Part shown: piece by piece, positions 1-7,648 of the stretch
How positions within the stretch are numbered: the first letter of the stretch is position 1
Layout: each line of letters begins with the position of its first letter
Virus record (IMG/VR): IMGVR_UViG_3300009709_000006
Location: 1-55,703 of that record
Origin: a virus
Direction: 5' to 3' (one strand)
DNA length: 55,703 bases
Position numbers and translations under genes: made by a program
Notes under the pieces: model-generated
Databases searched by the model: none
Seen by the model: the letters and a program-made list of their open reading frames with translations, nothing else
Told to the model about the DNA's origin: nothing

Positions 1-218
1 GACCGCAAGGCGCTGGCGCTGTAGCCCGCCGACAGCACGTCGCTGGCGCTGTAGCCCGCCGACAGCACGTCGCTGGCGCTGTAGCCCGCCGACCGCACGT
101 CGCTGGCGCTGTAGCCCGCCGACAGCACGTCGATGGCGCTGTAGCCCGCCGACCGCAAGGCGCTGGCGCTGTAGCCCGCCGACCGCAAGGCGCTGGCGCT
201 GTAGCCCGCCGACCGCAG
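1..218. repeat. 30-bp tandem repeat array (coding), left part; continues from 55519-55703
   Basis: Seven contiguous 30-bp units of the form g[tg]cgctggcgctgtagcccgccgac[ac]gca[acg], with point variants. Confidence 0.95.
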
Positions 219-281
219 GGCGTCACCCTGCCGACTGGCGAGCAAATACAGCATGTGGCGCTTGGCCTTTTCTTCAGCCAT
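1..281 (-). CDS. N-terminal part of decapeptide-repeat protein (partial in window; 3' part is 55135-55703)
   Basis: My translation from the ATG at 279-281 gives MAEEKAKRHMLYLLASRQGDALR, then SAGYSAS[AD][LV][RL] units. The ORF runs open off the left edge in the same frame and repeat as the ORF entering at the right edge. Confidence 0.75.
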   Translation of the reverse strand, partial: MAEEKAKRHMLYLLASRQGDALRSAGYSASALRSAGYSASALRSAGYSAIDVLSAGYSASDVRSAGYSASDVLSAGYSASDVLSAGYSASALR

Positions 282-291
282 AACTTCCGAA

Positions 292-798
292 TTATCCACG
301 ATCCGTCTCCCATTTTGAAATTTCAGCGATCACCACTGCGCCATCCTCGCCCGCTTCATAAGCAGCCCTCAGGCGCTCACAGACGGCAGGGGGATAGAGG
401 TTGAGATCGGTCCAGAACTTGGCTTCAGACATTGAGTGCTGAATTGTATGGCTCGCCCTGGTAAGGGGCGCGGCGCGAACGTCGTCTGGCTTCTGGGCCT
501 TTCCGGTGTAACTCCAACCGGCCTCGGGATAGCCTGTTCGGATATGAGCGGCGTCGCATCCGTAGACCATCAAACAAAGGCTGCGAGCCGTGGCTAGGCA
601 GGGAAGGCGCCTGATCCAGGCGAGGTATGCGTTGTCCCGCACGCGCGGCCGGCGCTCCCGCAACGCCCCTTCGGCCTTGTCAGACCGCTCTGGCCTGACT
701 TGGCGGGGGCGCGCTTTCTTCGCTTCCTTGCGCTGGCGAGCTTTGATTTGACGGGCGCGCTCCACCAGGGCGCGGTCTTCGGCTGTGAGCAGGCCCAT
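292..798 (-). CDS. Putative HNH/DUF968-like nuclease (tentative)
   Basis: ORF track 292-822. The internal ATG at 798 overlaps the upstream stop (TGATG). A Cys/His motif CDAAHIR...GKAQKPDD...PL...HxxxH resembles HNH-type phage proteins. Confidence 0.45.
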   Translation of the reverse strand: MGLLTAEDRALVERARQIKARQRKEAKKARPRQVRPERSDKAEGALRERRPRVRDNAYLAWIRRLPCLATARSLCLMVYGCDAAHIRTGYPEAGWSYTGKAQKPDDVRAAPLTRASHTIQHSMSEAKFWTDLNLYPPAVCERLRAAYEAGEDGAVVIAEISKWETDRG

Positions 799-992
799 CA
801 CAAACCCCCACATGCAGGACACGGCATCTCGCCGTAATTCTCACAGATGCAGAGATCACCGCCGCAATAGCAGTTGACAGTTCCCATGTTCTGACAGTCG
901 TCGCACCAATCGTCGGCGGAGTCGTGGTCGAAATAGTCGTCGTCGATTTCAATAGTGTTTTGAGGCGCGTCAGTCATAATCATACCCATCAT
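798..992 (-). CDS. Small Cys-rich (zinc-ribbon-like) protein
   Basis: ORF track. Nine Cys in the C-terminal 35 aa (CDDC...CYCGGDLCIC...CPAC). It sits in the operon; the start among several Met codons is uncertain. Confidence 0.55.
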   Translation of the reverse strand: MMGMIMTDAPQNTIEIDDDYFDHDSADDWCDDCQNMGTVNCYCGGDLCICENYGEMPCPACGGL

Positions 993-1236
993 CTGGATGG
1001 GGTGGATTATCGTTGATATACTTTTCAGCCCTTTCGCACTCAGCCTCGGACATTTGGCGCTTGGTCACGCCGTCTGCGCCAAATGCGGCCACCAGATCAA
1101 ACTCCACCGGATCACCGGGGTCGCCTGGGTAGTTCCAAGACGCCATCGTTGGGCCGCGCCCCCACGACGTAACCTTGTACTCAACAAGGCCTTCTTCGCC
1201 GTCGTCAAACACAAAGTCGATTAGACCGGTCGTCAT
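970..1236 (-). CDS. Hypothetical protein
   Basis: ORF track. It lies on the operon strand and its ends overlap the neighbouring genes. Confidence 0.55.
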   Translation of the reverse strand: MTTGLIDFVFDDGEEGLVEYKVTSWGRGPTMASWNYPGDPGDPVEFDLVAAFGADGVTKRQMSEAECERAEKYINDNPPHPDDGYDYD

Positions 1237-1481
1237 GCTCCAGCCCTCCGGATCATCCGCTCAAGCGGGGACTCATGACGCGCCTGTCGGGGCACATAGC
1301 CATACAGGCACAGATAGGCTTTACGAGCGGCGACCCACACCTTGTAAGGATGATGAGCGCGCTCGCCGAAGGGATAGGCAGCATCGATCACGGCCTTGCG
1401 CTCGTCTAGCGTGGCGGATTCAGGAAGGCTGGCGTGAACCTTTTCGATCACGCACCAGGCTTGGTCTGACCATGAGCCCAT
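1233..1481 (-). CDS. Hypothetical protein
   Basis: ORF track 1233-1526. The ATG at 1481 overlaps the upstream stop by 1 nt (TGATG), so it is the preferred start. Confidence 0.55.
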   Translation of the reverse strand: MGSWSDQAWCVIEKVHASLPESATLDERKAVIDAAYPFGERAHHPYKVWVAARKAYLCLYGYVPRQARHESPLERMIRRAGA

Positions 1482-1690
1482 CACGCAGCCTCCGCCGTCT
1501 TGGCCGCGCCATATCGTTCTCCACAAAACGGGCAGAACGACGCGAGCATTGAGGGAGGCTTTCCGCGCTTCTTATCATCCACTTTCATCGTGTGAATGAC
1601 GCACTTCGGCTCGCCGAATAGTGTCGTCACGAGCATTCCGTTATGCTCGGAAAGCTGAACGTTAACAGTTAAGATGCAATCGCACATCAC
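1481..1690 (-). CDS. Small Cys-containing protein (CxC...CPFC)
   Basis: ORF track. GTG/ATG start; it overlaps the stop of the unlisted ORF 1687-1848. Confidence 0.5.
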   Translation of the reverse strand: MMCDCILTVNVQLSEHNGMLVTTLFGEPKCVIHTMKVDDKKRGKPPSMLASFCPFCGERYGAAKTAEAA

Positions 1691-1848
1691 GCGGCCCCCA
1701 TATCATCAGAGAACTCACACTCGTCATCTTGATTCTCAAAGACGCCAGAAGCGCAGTCTGGACAGACGATGTGGTCGTAGAGTTCGAACAGTTCTGTGTT
1801 TGGCGAGAAGTCGGTCTCACCGCAGCAAGCGCAGGCCTGGGTGTTCAT
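1687..1848 (-). CDS. Small zinc-ribbon-like protein, 53 aa (below ORF-track cutoff)
   Basis: My translation is MNTQACACCGETDFSPNTELFELYDHIVCPDCASGVFENQDDECEFSDDMGAA. The ATG overlaps the upstream stop (ATGA) and the stop overlaps the next start. Confidence 0.5.
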   Translation of the reverse strand: MNTQACACCGETDFSPNTELFELYDHIVCPDCASGVFENQDDECEFSDDMGAA

Positions 1849-2423
1849 GCGGCCTCCGCTCGCTGGAGCGCAGCCGGGGCCACACCGATCATCGCCGCGA
1901 CAGTCTCAAGGACGGCTCGCTTGGAGGCGGCAAACTCTTTGGCGTCCATAGACCGCCGGTTTTGCGACTTGGCCTCCCGCACCACCACGATCGGCCCGCG
2001 GACCACGATGGCGGCGAATTGGTCTTTTGATCGTGCGAAGGCGGCCACCCGCAGCGCGGCGGCTTTTGTGCCCGCATCAATGATGGCTTCGTCGTAATAG
2101 CCGGCGTCGATCAGCGCCCGCTTGCGAAGGTGTTCCGGTGAGGGGAATTGGTCTGTGAGGTGTTCGGGCAGATTCTGCCAGGCCTCGCGTAGCCATGCGA
2201 ATTCATGGTTGTGGGTCGCCTGTGAACGCTGCTTCTCCTCAACCAGGGTGTAGACTTCGCCGATGACGTATTGGGCGTCGGCCTTTCGCTGGTAGCTTTT
2301 GAGCGGAACCATGGCGTCGCCCGTCCAACGCATTGGAACGGGCGCCAGGGCCGCGGAGCCACCAGCGACGGGGTTCTTAGCCCCGCCGCCGTCCTGGCTG
2401 CTATGGATGGGTGTGAAAGGCAT
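1845..2423 (-). CDS. Hypothetical protein downstream of recT (possibly DUF1367-like; tentative)
   Basis: ORF track. The ATG at 2423 overlaps the recT stop. The motif THNHEFAWLREAWQNLPE...LRKRALIDAGYY is recalled only loosely. Confidence 0.5.
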   Translation of the reverse strand: MPFTPIHSSQDGGGAKNPVAGGSAALAPVPMRWTGDAMVPLKSYQRKADAQYVIGEVYTLVEEKQRSQATHNHEFAWLREAWQNLPEHLTDQFPSPEHLRKRALIDAGYYDEAIIDAGTKAAALRVAAFARSKDQFAAIVVRGPIVVVREAKSQNRRSMDAKEFAASKRAVLETVAAMIGVAPAALQRAEAA

Positions 2424-3388
2424 CACGCGGCGTTCTCAGCCATGAATTGCTGATCGGCGGCGGCGAGGCGCGCGCGGGCCTTGTCGATTTCCCTTTTGAT
2501 CTCCAGCGCTTCGCCCTTAGAGCGCGCCCAGAACTCCTTAAGCGGCTGGGCGTTGACGCTTTCGAACCAGGTCAGTTTGGCGGCTCCAGAAACGTCGCGC
2601 AGAAACTCCGATATCCGGTCGGCCACCTTGCCGAGTTGCACGGATTCGATAGGCTCGTGCGGATCGAATTGAAACAGGATGCCGCCCCCGTTGACGCGGG
2701 CGAGGCGCTCTTGGGTTTGAAGGTTTTCGATGGCGTCGCTGGGCGTGACGTCCACAAGGGCGGCGCGATCCAATTCAGCGGCCTCGTAAAGGCCTGAAGT
2801 ATCCTCAGGGAAGGCCTTGCGTAGAGCCTGAGCTTCGGCGCATTTGCAGATCATGATCCGGCCCATTTTTGGCCAGTTGCCGTCAAGCTGCGAATTACCG
2901 GTCGGCAGGCGCTTGCCTTTTTCGTCGTTCCAAGCCCATTCGTCTCGAATAGGCGCGAATTCGTCCCAATAGGCGACGCCGCTTACAGGCTTCCAACCGC
3001 CGTCGCGCTGCGTATCTGCGATGTAGATTTTGACGACGGCCTTTACGATGCCGAGCGGATTTAGCGGCCCTTTGAGCGAAGGGTCATATTCGATCATAGC
3101 CTCTTCTTCGTCCGGCCGATAGCGACGGCTTCGCGCGGCGATCGTGCGCAGACCGTCAATTGTCGTGATGATCGACATGCGCCGCTTTTTCGGATCGTCC
3201 TTGTTAAAAACGATAGCGCTGATCTGCTTTCGAAACGGATCTAAGCCGGCGTTTCGTGCGACTGTGACGAACAGGTTGAACTCGTCATTATTGCAATCCT
3301 TGGCGACGGTGTCCTTGATCAGCTTGAGTTGCGCCGGGGAATAGACCGTCGCTGATGCGTTCAGGGCGACAAGAGCGTTCATGGTCAC
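2423..3388 (-). CDS. recT: RecT/Bet-family single-strand annealing recombinase
   Basis: Motifs TIDGLRTIAARS...Y and MICKCAEAQALRKAFPE..SGLY are typical of RecT/Bet (PF03837-like). Confidence 0.8.
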   Translation of the reverse strand: MTMNALVALNASATVYSPAQLKLIKDTVAKDCNNDEFNLFVTVARNAGLDPFRKQISAIVFNKDDPKKRRMSIITTIDGLRTIAARSRRYRPDEEEAMIEYDPSLKGPLNPLGIVKAVVKIYIADTQRDGGWKPVSGVAYWDEFAPIRDEWAWNDEKGKRLPTGNSQLDGNWPKMGRIMICKCAEAQALRKAFPEDTSGLYEAAELDRAALVDVTPSDAIENLQTQERLARVNGGGILFQFDPHEPIESVQLGKVADRISEFLRDVSGAAKLTWFESVNAQPLKEFWARSKGEALEIKREIDKARARLAAADQQFMAENAA

Positions 3389-3975
3389 TTGCTCCGGATT
3401 GTGAGGGAAGGTGCGGCGTTGGATAGGGTCGCGCCGGGGATTTCAGGAGGCAGGGCGGCTATGGCCGCGTCGCGGGCGTCCCTATCCTGCGGAAGCGCCT
3501 CGATGGCCTTGGCGCGGGCCTTGAGCGCGTCGCCCAACGCCTTTTTGTCGAGCGTAGGGTCTGCCGGTTTCCAATAATCCGCAGGGATGAGCGCCTCATC
3601 AGTGATGATGACTTTTGGCGCCCGAAGGCCCAGGGAAACCGTCGCGATGGCGCGCTCGACTTTGGGGATTTCAGCGATAGACATCGCTTGTTCAATCAGC
3701 GCCCGCCGCTGTTCAATCCGCGCCTCAAATCGGTCCTTGCGGGCGTCCATATTGGACATGACCGAATTGAGCCCCATTATCATGGCTGTGTCGTTTGCTA
3801 TGCCGATCAGCAAACCGTCGATTGCCTCAAACAGGTTGGTTTCGCCCTCCACCATATCGGCTAGGAAGTCTTCATCATCTCCAGCCAAGGCGATCACGCC
3901 TTCACGAAGAGCTTTGGCGGCTTCAGCTTCCTTGATAGGATCAAGAAATACTTGCGGTTTTGCGCGCGCGTTCAT
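3385..3975 (-). CDS. Siphovirus Gp157-like protein (recombination-associated)
   Basis: Coiled N-terminal half. The C-terminal pattern ATVSLGLRAPKVIITDEALIPADYWKPADPTLDKKALGDALK...GATLSNAAPSLTIR matches my recollection of the Sipho_Gp157 family. It lies adjacent to recT. Confidence 0.6.
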   Translation of the reverse strand: MNARAKPQVFLDPIKEAEAAKALREGVIALAGDDEDFLADMVEGETNLFEAIDGLLIGIANDTAMIMGLNSVMSNMDARKDRFEARIEQRRALIEQAMSIAEIPKVERAIATVSLGLRAPKVIITDEALIPADYWKPADPTLDKKALGDALKARAKAIEALPQDRDARDAAIAALPPEIPGATLSNAAPSLTIRSK

Positions 3976-4151
3976 CACATCAGTCCTATGCTATGAAGAA
4001 TGGCCCAACCCAGAACGCCGGCGCCAGCGAGTTCCGCGCCTAGGCGAAAGGTTTCAAGCCAGGGTTTCGGGTCGCCCAAGCGGCGGATGTAGGCGGGGCG
4101 CACCTCGCGCACGGCGAGCTTTCCCAACGGGTCTAGGTCGGCTTCCGTCAT
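3975..4151 (-). CDS. Small protein with hydrophobic C-terminus, 58 aa (below ORF-track cutoff)
   Basis: My translation is MTEADLDPLGKLAVREVRPAYIRRLGDPKPWLETFRLGAELAGAGVLGWAILHSIGLM. A GGGAGGG SD lies 4 nt upstream, and the stop overlaps the next start. Confidence 0.5.
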   Translation of the reverse strand: MTEADLDPLGKLAVREVRPAYIRRLGDPKPWLETFRLGAELAGAGVLGWAILHSIGLM

Positions 4152-4192
4152 GCCGCCCTCCCATGTCGAAGGGTTTCGACCCGCCGCATCGC

Positions 4193-4408
4193 CTAGATCA
4201 ACTCTGCTGCGGCGTTGGCGTGTGGCCGCTGGAGCATCCGCGTCGCCATCGCGTCTGACTGTAGGAAATCCATCTGCAGGCGCTTGTGCATCGCCAGCCG
4301 ATTGCTCGCGTCCTCAAGGGATAGAATGCGCGCCTCGCTATGCGGATCGTCGGGGATTACCTCTATGATCCAACGACCACATGTGGATGGGTGATAGCGG
4401 GAGGTCAT
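4193..4408 (-). CDS. Hypothetical protein
   Basis: ORF track. ATGA overlap with the upstream gene. Confidence 0.5.
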   Translation of the reverse strand: MTSRYHPSTCGRWIIEVIPDDPHSEARILSLEDASNRLAMHKRLQMDFLQSDAMATRMLQRPHANAAAELI

Positions 4409-5109
4409 GACGCTACCCGCAAAGAGCCATCAATATTGAGCGCGTAGGCGACGCCAGGCTCTATCGTGAAGTCGCCATAGGTCTGTCCGACCATGCCGGC
4501 GAAGACGGCTATAAGAGGATAGGCGGCTCCATCCCACTCGCCGTAGGCAGCGAGCATGATGGCGCCGTCTATGCCTGCTTTCGCCGTGCCATTGGGGCCA
4601 AGGGCGGCAGCGATGCTGTGTTTGCCCGTGGTCGCCGCCGCCGAGCCATAGCCCGTGGTCGCCGCCGCCTCGTCTGTCGCCTTGGCGCTGGAGAAAACCA
4701 GATCATGACGAGGCTTGGCGAGATAGCCTAGAACCGAACCCATTCCCGCGGTGCGCGTGGTAATCACCACTTCCATCCATGGGGCTTTGATCTTGCCATT
4801 TAGATCAACCGCAAGGGCCGCATCGTATCGGACAATGCCGAGCACAAGATTGCCGGCGGCGACGTCGTTGAGGTTGCCCAAAAGCGACCAATCGCCCATG
4901 CCGTAGGGGTTGCAATGCAGCCCTTGGCCGCATTCTGGGCGGGGCGACCAATCGGGCGCTGTCGTCCGCGCTTCCGGGGTTAAGTCCCACTGGAAATCTC
5001 CATAAGACTTACCGTCAGAAGCCCATGTGCGAATGCCATAGGCCCAGTTGATCTCGGGTGGCGCTTCCGATTCCGGCGCGGCCGCGGCTGATTTCTTGGC
5101 TCGCGCCAT
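4405..5109 (-). CDS. Hypothetical protein; N-terminal CGxGLH-containing domain plus Gly/Ala/Thr-rich C-terminal half
   Basis: ORF track, with high GC3. Motifs seen are FQWDL...ECGQGLHCNPYG and ATTGYGSAAATTGKHSIAAALGPNGTAKAG. Confidence 0.6.
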   Translation of the reverse strand: MARAKKSAAAAPESEAPPEINWAYGIRTWASDGKSYGDFQWDLTPEARTTAPDWSPRPECGQGLHCNPYGMGDWSLLGNLNDVAAGNLVLGIVRYDAALAVDLNGKIKAPWMEVVITTRTAGMGSVLGYLAKPRHDLVFSSAKATDEAAATTGYGSAAATTGKHSIAAALGPNGTAKAGIDGAIMLAAYGEWDGAAYPLIAVFAGMVGQTYGDFTIEPGVAYALNIDGSLRVAS

Positions 5110-5492
5110 TAGACTTTCCCCTGTTGTTTGAGGCGGTTGACTCTCTGGGTGAGGTAGGCGAACGTCTGTGGCGCAGCGCGCTCAAGATTCGCGAAGCCGG
5201 TTCCGACGCTATCCATCGGAAAGACGACGATGCGGTCAAACTGGAGCGCCAAGAACAAGGGTTTCATATCCTCGTCGATCACTGCGCAGTTGTGGGCGAG
5301 GTCATCGTCGGACCAATATCGGCTCGGAGCCGCGAGTGTTGCGATGCCAACCGCATTGGGTTCGTCTCGCATCTCGCGGGCTTGGCCGCCGTAGCCGACG
5401 CGGGCCTCGTTATCGCCGAACACCCAAAGGACGTCGGGATTGGCCTGGGCGTCGGCGCGGCAGTAGCGATGGATGAAGATCAGCGGCATCAT
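5109..5492 (-). CDS. Conserved-looking hypothetical protein (VFGDNEARVGYGGQA...NAVGI motif)
   Basis: ORF track. It overlaps both neighbours. Confidence 0.6.
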   Translation of the reverse strand: MMPLIFIHRYCRADAQANPDVLWVFGDNEARVGYGGQAREMRDEPNAVGIATLAAPSRYWSDDDLAHNCAVIDEDMKPLFLALQFDRIVVFPMDSVGTGFANLERAAPQTFAYLTQRVNRLKQQGKV

Positions 5493-5683
5493 GCGACCCC
5501 GTTAAAACTGTGGTCGCCGATTTGGCGCGTCGCTTTCCGGCTCAACCGATCGAAGATCGGCGTCAGGGCCGGGTTCAGCAGGCCATCCTGCAGGCGCAGC
5601 GCTTCTGTGGCCGCGCAAAGCTTGAGGTCGGCGGCGCCCATCTCGGCGAACAACCGAGCAAGGGTTTCGTCGGGGCGGTTCAC
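5489..5683 (-). CDS. Hypothetical protein
   Basis: ORF track. The GTG start overlaps the upstream stop (GTGA). Confidence 0.45.
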   Translation of the reverse strand: MNRPDETLARLFAEMGAADLKLCAATEALRLQDGLLNPALTPIFDRLSRKATRQIGDHSFNGVA

Positions 5684-5940
5684 GCTGCACCCCGGACGGC
5701 TTCGCAGAAGAACTTTGGCTCAGCCTTCGCCTCGCGGGCCGCGATCAACTCTTGACCGCGCTTCACGCAGAACTCGCCAATCTGGATGGCGTGCTCGGGG
5801 TTCGCGAAGATGGTGATTTCACCTTCAGCGGACTTGATGTGGATGACCGCACGACCACGCTCCGAACCAGAGCCAAGGTCGAATACCTCGACAGAGTCAG
5901 TGGGTTCGCAAGACAGGTAGAAGGTGACGTCTAATCCCAT
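5680..5940 (-). CDS. Hypothetical protein
   Basis: ORF track 5680-5943. The ATG at 5940 overlaps the upstream stop. Confidence 0.5.
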   Translation of the reverse strand: MGLDVTFYLSCEPTDSVEVFDLGSGSERGRAVIHIKSAEGEITIFANPEHAIQIGEFCVKRGQELIAAREAKAEPKFFCEAVRGAA

Positions 5941-6320
5941 CACGCAGCCTCCGCCTGAGCGGCGCCGACGATGTCAGCTAGGCCGCGCCAGCACTGTTCG
6001 GCGTTCGCATTCCAGTCGCGAGAGGCGGCGGACCGCAGTCCCTCGAGCTGGGCGATCACGAACATGTCGGTCGTGTTGACCGCGTCCAAGGCGGCGAAGA
6101 AGCGACCCTTGGGGGAGACCGCGAAAGCGGCCTGGTCGGCCACGATCTGTGAGGCTTTGGCCCTCAATTCGTCGTCGGACAGTTCAACAGGGCGCTTCGA
6201 AACCATACCGCTGTAGCGGAAGCCCAGGCGAGCCTTGACGTCGTACTGGCGCAGAATTTCCGCTTGCCCGGCCTTGAGGTGGGCGAACCAGAAATCGGTT
6301 TGGGCGTCGGTGGTGGGCAT
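5940..6320 (-). CDS. Hypothetical protein, first gene of leftward early operon
   Basis: ORF track. It is preceded (on the minus sense) by an AGGGA SD and the PL-like promoter. Confidence 0.6.
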   Translation of the reverse strand: MPTTDAQTDFWFAHLKAGQAEILRQYDVKARLGFRYSGMVSKRPVELSDDELRAKASQIVADQAAFAVSPKGRFFAALDAVNTTDMFVIAQLEGLRSAASRDWNANAEQCWRGLADIVGAAQAEAA

Positions 6321-6346
6321 TGGCTTGTCCCTGCGTTGGTAGGGAA

Positions 6347-6394
6347 TAGGTACGATATGTACCCAGTTATGTCAAACACAAAACGTACCCAATT
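6347..6394 (-). promoter_or_regulatory. PL-like promoter with two operator sites (OL)
   Basis: The minus sense reads AATTGGGTACG-N8-TTGACA-taac-TGGGTACATATCGTACC-TA. The 15-bp palindrome at 6349-6363 is the exact reverse complement of 7624-7638, and CGTACCCAATT at 6384-6394 is the reverse complement of 7594-7604. Confidence 0.6.
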
Positions 6395-6451
6395 TTTTCG
6401 ATTTTCTGCTACACTCCTTCAGCCGCGCCTTTGCGGCGAGGGGTCTGAACC

Positions 6452-6829
6452 ATGGATGTGGACGAAAACGAGACGGCTGCTCAGATGGCGAGCGCCAATG
6501 AGGCCGCCGTAGGGATTGCCGAACGGGACGGCTTTCTGACGATATTTTTTAAGGGCGCAAGCGCGTTCGGCGATATGTATTGGCCGATTCACTCAATTGA
6601 CTTGCGAAAGATAATGGAAAAGGAGAAAACCAATCAGTTCATGGTGTGCTTTAATGGACACCTGTCAGATATCCACTCTTCGCCGTGTGCGCCCACCATA
6701 ACGACACCGCAAGATGTCTTTCCGGTGCAATCGTTAAATGACGTAGATGACGGAAAATCCCCGATATGCTCGGTCAACCACACAGAAAAATTCACCATCA
6801 TTTTTACGACTGGGCAGTTAAAATCTTGA
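6452..6829 (+). CDS. Hypothetical protein in lower-GC insert (strand ambiguous; competing minus ORF 6634-6855)
   Basis: 125-aa ORF with a GAGGGG SD 8 nt upstream. The opposite-strand 73-aa ORF shares the same wobble positions and has a TAATG junction with the BamE-like gene, so composition cannot decide between them. Confidence 0.3.
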   Translation: MDVDENETAAQMASANEAAVGIAERDGFLTIFFKGASAFGDMYWPIHSIDLRKIMEKEKTNQFMVCFNGHLSDIHSSPCAPTITTPQDVFPVQSLNDVDDGKSPICSVNHTEKFTIIFTTGQLKS

Positions 6830-6854
6830 TCTATCAGGCGTCTGTAAATCTTCA

Positions 6855-7226
6855 TTATCGCCCTTGGCAGTTCGCCATCATGCTGCAATCGACCTTGGTC
6901 TGACTCGACCATACTTTGGTCAAGACGCCGTCTTTGTCGAAATCAAAACGGTCGGTCGTCACATCCGCTTTTGAGCCGCCTGCGAAAAGACCCATGATCG
7001 GCACGAAGCTGGCGCCCTTGATATGCGTTTTTGTGGTCGTATAGGTCAGCGTCTCGCTCCCGTCTGACGATTTCTCAACCGTCATCGGGTGGCCAAATTT
7101 CGCCTCGACATCGGCCAGAGTTGTTGAGCCCACTTTGAGCGTTGCGAGCTGATCATCTGTGATTTGCGCTAGCGCGGGTGCGGCAATGGATAGAAAAGCA
7201 ATCGCGATAAGAGTTGGTCTAATCAT
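6855..7226 (-). CDS. Secreted BamE/SmpA-OmlA-like small protein (moron downstream of repressor)
   Basis: The internal ATG at 7226 gives MIRPTLIAIAFLSIAAPALAQ, a signal peptide. The mature part LATLKVGSTTLADVEAKFGHPMTVE resembles the BamE fold motif. It starts 14 nt after the repressor stop on the same strand. Confidence 0.55.
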   Translation of the reverse strand: MIRPTLIAIAFLSIAAPALAQITDDQLATLKVGSTTLADVEAKFGHPMTVEKSSDGSETLTYTTTKTHIKGASFVPIMGLFAGGSKADVTTDRFDFDKDGVLTKVWSSQTKVDCSMMANCQGR

Positions 7227-7239
7227 GTATTTGGTTACC

Positions 7240-7572
7240 TTACAGGATGCTGCGGGAGCGCAACGGTGGTGGCGTGAGCGGCGTACGAGATTGCGGATCA
7301 TTTCGACGAGCAAACGGCGCACCGCGGCCGACTACAAGCCATTCAATGTTAATTCCGAACGCTCTCGCATACTTTTCCGCCGTTGAGCGCTTTAGTTGGT
7401 CCGACTGCCGAATCCCATTTTCGTGGCTTTTATATGTACTTTCGTTCCAACCGAAAAATTTGGCGGCCTTGCGCGGGGATTTTAGCGAAGATCCATCCGG
7501 GCATACGTAGGACTCTCGCGCGAACCTTAAGCGGCCGGCAATCGTCGATAGGTCTGGGGGTGCGTCGTTCAT
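7240..7572 (-). CDS. Phage repressor, short XRE-type HTH (CI-like), 110 aa
   Basis: The ATG at 7572 gives MNDAPPDLSTIAGRLRFARES...SPRKAAKFFGWNESTYKSHENGIRQ...AEKYARAFGINIEWLVVG, an HTH_3-like pattern. It is divergent from the Cro-like gene across an operator-rich 76-bp spacer. There is no S24 peptidase domain. Confidence 0.7.
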   Translation of the reverse strand: MNDAPPDLSTIAGRLRFARESYVCPDGSSLKSPRKAAKFFGWNESTYKSHENGIRQSDQLKRSTAEKYARAFGINIEWLVVGRGAPFARRNDPQSRTPLTPPPLRSRSIL

Positions 7573-7582
7573 AATCACGATT

Positions 7583-7640
7583 CGTACCCCACGAATTGGG
7601 TACGATTGGTGTTGACTCAGTTGGGTACATATCGTACCAG
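7583..7640. promoter_or_regulatory. OR region: three operator elements plus PR-like promoter
   Basis: Inverted pair CGTACCC (7583-7589) and GGGTACG (7598-7604). TTGACT -35 at 7612-7617. Palindrome GGTACATATCGTACC at 7624-7638 overlaps the putative -10 (7635-7640). Confidence 0.6.
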
Positions 7641-7648
7641 TTTCTCCC

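Noticed and set aside
1-218. Could the terminal 30-bp repeats be a CRISPR array?
   Set aside because: The units are contiguous with no spacers, lie in one open reading frame, and encode a decapeptide repeat. No cas genes are present.
5058-5816. 252-aa plus-strand ORF
   Set aside because: It is antisense to four coupled minus-strand early genes and has an Arg/Ser-rich composition.
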